From contig OU015570.1 of assembly GCA_907165135.1 (NCBI GenBank), positions 2,439,929-2,503,928 on the forward strand: DNA of 64,000 nucleotides. Reading direction: 5' to 3'. This DNA is from Oikopleura dioica (lineage: Eukaryota > Animalia > Chordata). A program made the position numbers and the translations under genes. Of the stretch, positions 13,701 to 23,187 are shown piece by piece (position 1 is the stretch's first letter; every line of letters starts with the position of its first letter). A model generated the notes under the pieces. It did no database searches and was not told the DNA's origin. It saw nothing but the letters and a program-made list of their open reading frames with translations.

Positions 13701-14574
13701 ACCAAGACAAAACTGACACAAGAAGGATGATCAATCACCGTGCGACCAATCAAACATGGTGTACAGTGAAAACTCAAAAATTGGCCGGTTTTCAGATCCA
13801 AATTTCCGAAAAAAGCGGCCAAAGTTTGAGTTTTTTGCCGGGTAGCCAAGCTTCCTCTTCAAAAAAGCAAAGTTTCAAAATTTTCGAATTTGGGCATGAT
13901 TTTCACGTTTTTGATGTATTTAATTCAATTTTTTTGCTTGTTCTAAGTCATTTTTATCAAAATAAAGTTATTTTAGATGATTTAAACGCTTCAAAATAGC
14001 TTAAAATGGTCAGAAAGACCATAATTTGGGTCTATTTTGATGCAAATTTTTTTATTTTTGAATTTCTGTAAATTTCACTTCCGGAAATTCACAGTGTTGT
14101 CATCGACTAAATGTGACATAGATCCTCAGTGATGAATTCTCCGACAGCCTTGCTTTTGCCGTTTACACCGTTGATGACAATGTCCGAGTCGACCAGATCA
14201 CGGATGAGCTCTGGAGGAACGAACCTGCTTTGCAGCAACAGATCGTCAGAACCGTTGTCGAAGATGCCATCGTTGACAGTGAAAGAACGCTCGCCGATGG
14301 TGAGTTTCAGATTGATGAACCACGGCTGAGTCGGAAGAATACAGTTGGAGCGTATGCGAAGAGAATTGCTCATCTTAGGTGCACACGAGTCTAAGATGAG
14401 GTTCGAAAATCCTTCGAAGAGCTTGGAAGTGTTGGCGGATCCGTTGGAGCATCGCCCGAAGTTCCGGCGGCTCGAGCTTGGGTTTGGTTTCCGCCATTGC
14501 CCTTTTTTTGTTATTTTTGGACTTGTTGTTGGACTGTGTCGCTGAAGTGCTTGCAGTTTTGCCTTCAATCGCAT
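10751..14574 (-). pseudogene. pol: Pol (PR-RT-RNaseH-IN), frameshifted and interrupted
   Basis: PR FDNGS; RT KSPIHVVDKKDGSPRVV and YIYIDDVLL; IN HDDSAHPG..C, VSSDRG, GNLERAHR. Confidence 0.92.
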
Positions 14575-14692
14575 CGAGACGCGTGATAGAGGGCTTGAGC
14601 TGCGATTCGAGCGATGGCTTTTTGTTGTCGCCTTGACTGTTTGAGTTCTTTTTGTTCCAGGAGCCGTTCTTGGCGCCGAAAGCAGCAGAATC

Positions 14693-15625
14693 CTAATTGG
14701 TCATGTTAGCCGGGAGACGGTCAATCAGCAACTTAGCCTTGTTGTAGACTTGCTGTGGAGAACGACATGAATCAACAGAGTCGCAGAGTTTGAGCGCGAC
14801 CGTCGGATACAGCTCGGCGATTTTCATGTAAGCCAGGCATGCGCTGTAGAGATCAGAAAGCTCATGCGCTTTAACAGGGCAAGAACACTTACTCGCAGTT
14901 TTAGGTACTACTCCGGCCTCGACTTTGACAAAAGCAGCGGACGAAGCAGTGATGTCAATGACCTCAGCCTTCTCGGCTTCGGCATTTTGGCGATACAGGC
15001 GCTCTACTTGACGATAAGCACGCTTCTGTGCTTCGCTGAGCTCGGAAATGAAGGCTTGGAGGCCCTTATTCTTCTGGAACTTGACGTCGTGCGGTCTTCG
15101 TAGCTCCTGGAAGATGCTCAGCTTGCTACTAAACATGGTTTCGATGGCTTCTAGCAGCTCGGCTACTGTGGTCGTCTTTAGATTTTGGCGATGAAAGGAC
15201 TGGTTGACCGACGCATCGAAGTATTTCTTGGCTGTACGGACCAAGACCTTCTCTGCTTCTTCTTTTTTATCATCATCCAAGTGGTCGATGTAGTCGACTT
15301 TTGCCTGTCTGATCTTGGCGATCCAAACTTCTACTTTGTCGGCATCGCTCAAGTCAGTGGTCTTTTCAAGATCGAATACATGCCTGATCTCGACGAGATG
15401 TGCAGCTGACTCGCCAGATTTGGCTGGGGTAGATTTCATGGACTGCAACTGCGCGGAGATGATGGCGAGACGATCGGAAGCTTCTTTGACGTCGGCGGTC
15501 TTTTCCGTGTCAGTAAAGTTGGCGCCGATGAAATTGCCGAATTCACCAACCCATTTCTCAAGGTTGGCTCGACTCGCGTTTTTCAAGTCATCAATGGGCA
15601 TGGAGAGTTGCCATAGAACTGTCAT
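14693..15625 (-). CDS. gag: Gag (310 aa ORF)
   Basis: Long helical ORF between the 5' leader and the protease (IFDNGSD at about 14270). Confidence 0.75.
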   Translation of the reverse strand: MTVLWQLSMPIDDLKNASRANLEKWVGEFGNFIGANFTDTEKTADVKEASDRLAIISAQLQSMKSTPAKSGESAAHLVEIRHVFDLEKTTDLSDADKVEVWIAKIRQAKVDYIDHLDDDKKEEAEKVLVRTAKKYFDASVNQSFHRQNLKTTTVAELLEAIETMFSSKLSIFQELRRPHDVKFQKNKGLQAFISELSEAQKRAYRQVERLYRQNAEAEKAEVIDITASSAAFVKVEAGVVPKTASKCSCPVKAHELSDLYSACLAYMKIAELYPTVALKLCDSVDSCRSPQQVYNKAKLLIDRLPANMTN

Positions 15626-16489
15626 CGCTGCTGGTGAGAGGTGCGCGGCGCAGCGAGGTCAGTAAGTCCAAGATTCACTTGTTGAACCCTTTTCAGAGTC
15701 CGTTCGGAGGTGGCGGGAGTGCTCGTTGAGATCGTGCGATGAAGTTGATCGGAATCAGCAACGGCAGCGTAGACTTGTTGTTCAGGTGGTGGCTAAAGTT
15801 GGAGCGAGGACACTGCTAACCGACTTTTCTACCTGCGATTACCCCGGATTAGGGGTAATTGAGTTAGGGTTAGTTTGGAGAACTTAAAATCCTTGTCTAG
15901 GGGTAATTGATGAGCAAATGCAGCGAAGAGCGCCACGAAGAAGTTTCAAGTCGTCGAATTCTAGAGGTGGTCCAGAAGAATGTACGTGGTCGGCTTAACT
16001 TGCGGGCAGTATCAGCGAAAAAGGTTCGTGTACCTGCGTTGACCCCGTAAAATAAGCTGGTCAGGCTTTTATTTTACTTTTAGGGGCTTTGAAGAGCAAA
16101 TGCAGGCGTTCGAGTTCACGATCTGCGGCAAAGAAAGAAGCACCAGTAGTTCAAGTGGTCCGAGAGCGTGGAGTTGAGCGGTTCTAGAATCTAGATGGCT
16201 GGAAGTCTGAATTCACGCCAGTACCAGACAGCGCTAGAACAGTACCTGCGGTGACCCCGTAAAATAAGCTGGTCGGGCTTTATTTTACTTTTAGGGGCTT
16301 TCAAGTGGCGTGCGCAGAACTGCTTACTGTAGCCAAATGGACCCAACGGACGTCAAAGCTCGAGAATCTCCCAGTCGATCGGCCTGGCCGAGTGGTAGGA
16401 AAGGCGATCTGAGGATGTGTTACCGGTCGGAACCAGTAATTCGATTTTTCCAGTGAAGAGTCGAGGTTTGCAAACTATTGTTCACCAGT

Positions 16490-16859
16490 TGATAGGTCAG
16501 GAATAGCTCCTGATTCCCACTACACTAAGTATCGTTGCTGCTCTAATAGATCCTGCGGCTCTCTAGAATAATCTTCGAGTATAACTGGAAATAGGTGTGT
16601 ATTTCAAGTTGAGTTAGATAGAACTGAGTGCAGTGCAAAACAACGGCGGCGCCTCGATCCTTATCAGATCATAACGGCTTCTTGCTGACCTAACATTGCC
16701 CTTAATAGGACTTCCGTTTCTCTGCTTCGAGTTTGATACGCTCAGCGCGAATGACGCGTAAGCGCTGAGAAGAACTTCACATGAGGTCCGTGAAGGTGTA
16801 CTCTCTCTCTGGGCAAATCAACAGGTCGCACCGACTCGCAACATATCTTTGCGCTATCA
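16490..16859 (-). repeat. 5' LTR (370 bp) with putative PBS TGGTGAACAA at 16478-16487
   Basis: TGATAG...CTATCA forms a perfect 6-bp terminal inverted repeat. TGG follows after a 2-nt spacer on the minus strand. Confidence 0.7.
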
Positions 16860-17080
16860 TATTTTTCTAGGCGTCAGATGACTTAAAAAATCATGCTTTT
16901 CTCGTTATTATTTATATTATTGCATTTTCTCGCGTGTCTCTTATTCTTTTTAATCAATCAATAGATTTTAGAAATTTTATGAGCAGCTTACAAATGGTTC
17001 GTAAATAAGAACAGTAAAAAATGCTGTGAGTTGGGAAGCGCTGTAGTACTTATTTCTATCAATGACGTTTGCACCATTTA

Positions 17081-18039
17081 CAGTTAACTCGCACAATTTG
17101 GCCCCGCACAATTCGGCCCTTTTTTCGAATTCCGCTAAAACGTTAGAAACTCGTACAATTTGGCCCCGCTGCCCTCTTCACCAAACTAAAAATAGGACAA
17201 AACTTTTATTTTATAGATATTTATTGTTTCAAAAAAGACAGAATTGAAGACTGCTTTGTTCTCTCCTGGGTTTTGATTAACTGACAGTTAATCAACCGGG
17301 GCTTAAGGGATCCCCCCTGATTTGGCCAACTTTGAGGTCGAACTACTTTTTTTGGGCTTAGCTATCTTAGAAGTGAGGGGATTTTTTTAAAGCTTATTTC
17401 TTCATGAGCAATCACTTGTATGGAAATCTAATTTGAAAAGGCGAATCATCTCTAAAAATAGCCGTTAAGGCATTGATAGTCGCGAAAACCCTAGTTTTTG
17501 GCCATTTTCGAAATCGATACTTTTTTCCCTCTGATATATTTCCCCGAGTTTGTTCTTAAAACCTTTCCTGTGCCCGAAACTACAATTTCTCGTACAGGCA
17601 TCTGATTATGTCAAGGATTGAAGATTTTTCTTTACGAAAACTTTATCGACTTATTTTGGCCATTTTCTATGCTCTGTAGCGCCTCTTAGTGGCTAAATAT
17701 TGCATCGAAACTATTTTTTCCTGATTCAACTTCGTCTAAGCTATCTATAGAGCCCTCATTCATATGAATCTGTCGACTTTGAAAAGTCAAAAATTTCGCG
17801 AATTTTTTCTAAGAAAATTTTTGGCAAAAATAAGCCATTTTCAAAGCTCTGTCACGGCTCTTTACGTGGCGTAATCCCCTTGACATTATATATTAAAATG
17901 ATCCTCAGACAATGGAGATTTTGATAGGTTAATAGATTAAAGAGTTTTCTCAGAAGTCGCACAATTCGGACCCGCACAATTCGGCCCTTTTTCGACATAT
18001 AGCAGAAATAAAAAAGGGCCAAATTGTGCGAGTTAACTG
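17081..18039. mobile_element. pogo-like MITE with a nested insertion (about 17300-17950)
   Basis: TIRs cagttaactcgcacaatttggccc / gggccaaattgtgcgagttaactg, TA TSD. Confidence 0.88.
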
Positions 18040-18042
18040 TAT

Positions 18043-18393
18043 TGTAGTAAGCGAGCTAGCCCCTGGCGCGCTCATTGCGCACGTGACATGGGAGCAGCAT
18101 GCGAGCGCACGTGACGCAGCGCTCAGAAAACCAAAAAGTTCGTTTTAATTGAACTTGACGAAAAATAACCGCACTCGCGGAAATCCGCCGATTCTGCCGT
18201 TTACAACGAAATTCTTGGAAAATAACGAAATGCACGGAAACCTACGGAATTGGCGGATAAGTATATAAACTGTTCACTGTTCAAATTTTTCACTTACACT
18301 CACAGAGATAAATAGAGTGCCAATAAACAACAAAATACAAATTTTTGTTTCCCTTTTTCTTTTGTCACTTGCGTAATAGAAGCAAGCAGTACA
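18043..18393 (+). repeat. 5' LTR of the older gypsy element
   Basis: TGTAGT...AGTACA termini, TATA-like gtatataaa at about 18261, AATAAA at 18322, then aat plus the PBS. Confidence 0.85.
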
Positions 18394-18693
18394 AATTGGT
18401 GACTGATAAAAATGGCGAGAATTAAGAGCAACAACTCCTGTTAATAACGATTCCCGAATACGATTGAAGAGAGCTGTTGTTACGATCGAAGAGAGCTGTT
18501 GACACGATTTTTGCTGATAAATTTGAAGGACAGGTTATAAGGTCCTTAATTACCAATTATATCCAGGGTAAACCTAAGCAAGCGGAGTTTAACCATAACT
18601 TAAACCACCGACAGGTGAACCTTTAGGATCAGTTTTTGCACTTAAACGGACCAATTTTTTTGAAAACAATAGATTTCTCTGATTACTTCAAGA

Positions 18694-20447
18694 ATGGCTG
18701 AAACTTATTTCAAGATTGTTCTCGATCTGAACAGAACGGAGCTTGTGAAAATCTACGATTTACTTGATGGGCGAGTCTTTCCAACTCCCATTCCTATGAG
18801 TGATAAAGCTTCCGTGGTTGCAAATATCCTTTATTTGGACGATTCTATCCTTGGTCGCGGAAAGAAATACTTTTTCAAAAAAGACAAAGACGGCTTTGTT
18901 GGATATCTACCCGAATTTGCCACCGATCATCCAAATGTGGCAGATTCGATTGAACAAAAATATGCGAAAAGACGCCACCGACTGGATCTCGATCGAATCA
19001 AGACATCTAAAGCAGCCAAAGATATCAACTCCTTGATCGCGAATTTACCAATCACTGATAGCGACATTGAGGACGAGCTCGATTTGTCCGACGATGATTC
19101 TGTTAATGAGGCGGAGGCGACGGTAATTCCAAATGCTCAAAACACAGGCAACCGCCCAAATATCAAGAAGGAAAAGAAAGAACCAAAGCCACGAGTGCAA
19201 AATCTGCAGTAAAACCAGCTCCAGCAATGTCGACGTCAATGCCAACATCATCAACATTGAAAGTCAAGCCGCCGAGATATGATGCAACTATCCCTATCGC
19301 TTCCTGGCTAAAAAACCTCGATATTTTCGCCCACTGCTCAAAATTGCAAGACAATGAAATATTAACAGTGGCGCTTAGTACATTACTCAATGAATCAGAA
19401 GGGACTCGCATAATCGAGAGCTTGGAAGATGAAGAGTTAAATGACTTGGCAATGTTCAAAAAACGACTTGTTACGATGCTTGGAAAAACAGCTGACTTCT
19501 ACAAGAGTGAATTCAAGTCCTTCAATCGCGGCTCAGACAGCTTGGGAATGTGCCTCAGCAAATTGATAAGCCTCTACAAACAAGGCTATGGTCAGAAAAT
19601 CTCGGCGAGAACGACAAATAACTGATCATTGAGCGATATGCTGAAGCCCAAGATCAAAAATCCGTGAATAACTTATGCGTGAGAAATCGGAACTGACGTT
19701 GGAAAATATCGCGATTCGATCAAGTGAAATCGATAACAGCATGCCTAAACGTGATCTCAATTTCAGCATCCAAGCTGAATCAAAAAAGATGAAATGCAGG
19801 AATACATCAATCAGATGAAAGAGCTGCTCAAGAAACACTGATCAACAGACGACAAAAGTCCAAAAAACAAGAGGAGAGGTAAACGAGCTCGCCTTGATTT
19901 CGAGAAACTAAGAGGCCACTGCTTCTCCTACTCAAAGAAAAGGACATGTCAATATGCTTCAAAAAACCAAAAAGTTCGTTTTAAACGAACTTGACGAAAA
20001 ATAACCGCACTCGCGGAAATCCGCCGATTCTGCCGTTTACTACAAAATTCTTGGAAAATAACGAAATGCACGGAAATCTACGGAAATGGCGGATAAGTAT
20101 ATAAACTGTTCACTGTTCAAACTTTTCACTTACGCTCACAGAGATAAATAGAGTGCCAATAAACAACAAAATACAAATTTTTGTTTCCCTTTTTCTTTTG
20201 TCACTTGCGTAATAAAAGCAAGCAGTACAAATTGGTGACTGATAAAAACGGCGAGAATTAACAGCAACAACTCCTGTTAGATGAAAGAGCTGCTCAAGAA
20301 ACACTGAACTACAGACGACAAAAGTCCAAAAAACAAGAGGAGAGGTAAACGAGCTCGCCTTGTTTTCGAGAAACTAAGAGGCCACTGCTTCTCCTACTCA
20401 AAGAACAGGACATGTCGATATGCTTCAAACTGTAAGTATGTCCGCTC
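18694..20447 (+). pseudogene. gag: Gag region of the older element (frameshifted, rearranged), ending in a CCCH-like finger
   Basis: VKPPRYDATIPIASWLKNLDIF is a gag-like motif. The C-terminus reads CFSYSKNRTCRYASNCKYVR. Confidence 0.7.
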
Positions 20448-20603
20448 TAATGGGACAAATTGTGAGTCTTGTAATTCCTAGATGAAGACTGGTTTATTCT
20501 TGGCGACGTGCGCTTTTAAATAACGTAAGAGTAAACAGTGACAGGAGCGGCAGAGAGTGACAGTTAAACAGTAAAAATGCATTCAAGCACATTTTCTCCC
20601 ATA
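20448..20603 (-). repeat. 3' LTR (156 bp)
   Basis: Identical to the 5' LTR. Preceded on the minus strand by the purine tract GAAGGGGAAA. Confidence 0.97.
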
Positions 20604-20623
20604 ACTTTCCCCTTCATTGAGAA

Positions 20624-21460
20624 TTAGATGATGGCCTTGAAGGCGCTGAGTGCTGCTTTTTCTAATTTCTTCCGATCTCTTGGTTTCAACTTCAGGTAGG
20701 CGATGATAGCCGGGGACCCATTCATCAATGTTGCAGACGGCCTTGGGTAAGCGTTTGATTCGAGTACTTGTTGCGGGTTGCATATGATTGAACAGAAGAT
20801 GGTCGAACGAGTGTTTCCCAACATGTATCTCACATCGTAGTCGATATCCGAAAAGTGATGGTATAGATCAAGAAGGCGATAGTTGTTCATGGCGATGAGT
20901 AGATCGATTCTCTGATCGCTCGCGCTACAGTCCATTTGAATGATGGCACGCCAGGCTTCCTTGATTTTGCTCGCTGTTCCTGTGTTAAGAGCGTCCGTCA
21001 GGTTTTTCTGAAGTCGAGGAGGGGCAGGTCGAAGCGTGAATGAATTAAAGGGGCGCAAATTTTCATGCAAGCACTGCATGAATCGTCCATTTTCGCTCGT
21101 GCCTGTCAACTTTCTCCAGACCGTTTTGCATTTTTGTTCTCCCGCCTTTTTGATTGGTTCGCTGTTCTGGATCATCAGGTTGATTCTGTCGTAATGCTCC
21201 ATTTCCAGCATTTGTTGCACGTTTGCGACTGGTTGGTTGGTTGTTGATGCTTGGTTGACAGTGGGTTCTGTAGCACCTAGTTTTCTTACCGACTGGGAGG
21301 TGCTCTCCCCTGCATCAAGAATCGCTTCGTCGTTCCCGACGGCAAGACCAACAAGGTCCGGATCGTAATACTTTACGATATCTCCGTTCTCGGAGTTTTG
21401 GCTTTGCCCGCCAGTAAGAACCTCTAGGATATCGAGGTTATCTTGGTCTGTTCCGACCAT
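20624..21460 (-). CDS. Accessory ORF5 (278 aa), orphan
   Basis: Uninterrupted ORF with AAAATG context. The stop is 8 nt before the PPT and inside the LTR pair. Confidence 0.8.
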   Translation of the reverse strand: MVGTDQDNLDILEVLTGGQSQNSENGDIVKYYDPDLVGLAVGNDEAILDAGESTSQSVRKLGATEPTVNQASTTNQPVANVQQMLEMEHYDRINLMIQNSEPIKKAGEQKCKTVWRKLTGTSENGRFMQCLHENLRPFNSFTLRPAPPRLQKNLTDALNTGTASKIKEAWRAIIQMDCSASDQRIDLLIAMNNYRLLDLYHHFSDIDYDVRYMLGNTRSTIFCSIICNPQQVLESNAYPRPSATLMNGSPAIIAYLKLKPRDRKKLEKAALSAFKAII

Positions 21461-21931
21461 TTTTCGAACTTCGAAAATTCAAGCAAAAATTTTTCTCTTT
21501 TTCTTGCTTTTTTTTGAATTAAATGAATTTGGACGTTCTTTTTATGCCCTTGCATTTACATACTTTGCCGGTAGTACATAGACCGTCAGACACTCCGAAA
21601 ACGCTGATTTTTGACTTTTACTGGCATCGTGACTATTAGCTAACGCTTGCCTAGGCACTATGTTTGTCGAGTGTCTAAAAGAAAAATCTGAATTCTAAAA
21701 ACTTTTATCTCTTTTTTTTTTGAATAAATATACTGCAAAAAGGGTAAAATTTATCAGTAAACCTATAAAAACAAGTTACTTGAACAAAACAGATTTCACT
21801 GAATTTGAAGACTTTGGAACTTATCTTGAATATTTGCTGACCCCTGGCGGCCAGTTATGTTTGCCGAGTATTTTTAAGAAGACAGATTCTCTGAGATTTT
21901 CAGAAAATCTAGCTTCATTTTTCCTTTGAAA

Positions 21932-22475
21932 ATGGAACGAGAATTTATGAATTTAACCTTGCGAGCTGAGGCCGCCAATGAAGCGGCTCGCGTTATCGAT
22001 GATATCAAATCAGCCGTTGAAATAGATTACGGGAATCTATCTGCTGAGATTTATGCCGCTAAGGTTTTTCTCATTGATGAAGAGTGAGTACTATTTTATT
22101 ATTTTGATATTTATAAATATTGTTAGTGTTGACTTTGATGGAATGCTGCGAATTGTTGATGATTATAATTCTATAATGCTTGGATACAAAAAGATTCAGA
22201 AGGAATTTATGGTTGGTTATTTTTCATTTTCAAAATAAGTCTATTTTAAGTTTGCTGTCCGGACTTTGCTAAGCAATCCTGTCTCTTCGATTCTTTTGCG
22301 TGAAAAAACGGGATTTTTTCGAGTACTTATGGAGATTCGTATGTTACGTAAGGATATTCAAGGTCTCAAAGATGAAGTAAAAAAGCGATTCGAACACTTT
22401 TTGACTGCAGATTCTCTGCCTAAGGTTGATGCAGACGATTGTTTGGAACAAATGACTGGTTCTGATTCTGAATAA
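21932..22475 (+). CDS. Antisense three-exon gene (exons 21932-22083, 22127-22211, 22251-22475; 153 aa, unknown function)
   Basis: Removing GT-AG introns of 43 nt (gtgagt...ttag) and 39 nt (gttggt...ttaag) gives a 462-nt open frame. TTTCAG at 21898-21903; AATAAA overlaps the stop. Confidence 0.8.
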
Positions 22476-22645
22476 AAAAAATGCCGCGAATGATTTTATG
22501 TTCGTTGTTTTCTTCTATTTTTTTTTGTTTCATGCCTGAAATGGCTGAAAATTTGTATTTTTGTATATTTTTTTTTTCATTTTTTATTTTAAGTAAGCTA
22601 GGCTGGGTTTGTACATGAATGAGCTAAGCGTAAGTAAGAGTAAAA

Positions 22646-23173
22646 CTAGGTATTGAGATAAAACAAATTTGGTCGGATTTGGAGACAGCAACATGAAAAA
22701 TTTATGATCCTGGTAAAGCGCGATTCCGTTTCTAATTCTTTCTTTTGCTTAAGTTTATACATGCAAAAAAGACTACTGTCAGAAAGTTCAACTAAGACTG
22801 ACTGCAAATGATCACGATCTTCGGCTTTCTCAATTGATAGTAAAAGCTCTATAACGTGATTCCGAAAATCCGGAATGGTTGTTTCTTCGTGAAAGTTATT
22901 TGAGTTTTGGATTGGTTGCTCAATAACTGCATTGTTACCTGGTTCATAGGGAGATCGGGCGGAGAATGCGACAGGCATCAGTTGCTGCTGCACCGGCGAT
23001 TGAAATGACTGTAGCGGGAGCATTGCGCTATTTACATATTCTTCTTCTTTTCGTTGAGTACGCATTGAATCAGGCGGTGGTGGTGGCGGAAGCGGTTTAA
23101 CACATAAAAAGTTAGTAGCAGGTGTTTCTGAATAATCGGAAGACTCGAAAGAGTCATTTCTATTTCGGTTCAT
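22646..23173 (-). CDS. Accessory ORF4 (175 aa), Pro-rich with a C-terminal CCC
   Basis: ATG 14 nt after the env stop, preceded by ttttaacag. AATAAA lies downstream at about 22585-22590. Confidence 0.7.
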   Translation of the reverse strand: MNRNRNDSFESSDYSETPATNFLCVKPLPPPPPPDSMRTQRKEEEYVNSAMLPLQSFQSPVQQQLMPVAFSARSPYEPGNNAVIEQPIQNSNNFHEETTIPDFRNHVIELLLSIEKAEDRDHLQSVLVELSDSSLFCMYKLKQKKELETESRFTRIINFSCCCLQIRPNLFYLNT

Positions 23174-23187
23174 TTCTGTTAAAAGGG

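Larger units (their letters stand above)
10700..16859 (-). mobile_element. Ty3/gypsy LTR retrotransposon, 3'-truncated and frameshifted
   Basis: 5' LTR, PBS, gag, PR, RT, RNase H and IN occur in gypsy order. An AT-rich insertion at about 13770-14090 is flanked by duplicated acagtg. No 3' LTR seen. Confidence 0.92.

Noticed and set aside
15895-15935. Hammerhead-like tgatgag...cgaa
   Set aside because: It lacks the CUGAUGA/GAAA core and a stem II pairing.
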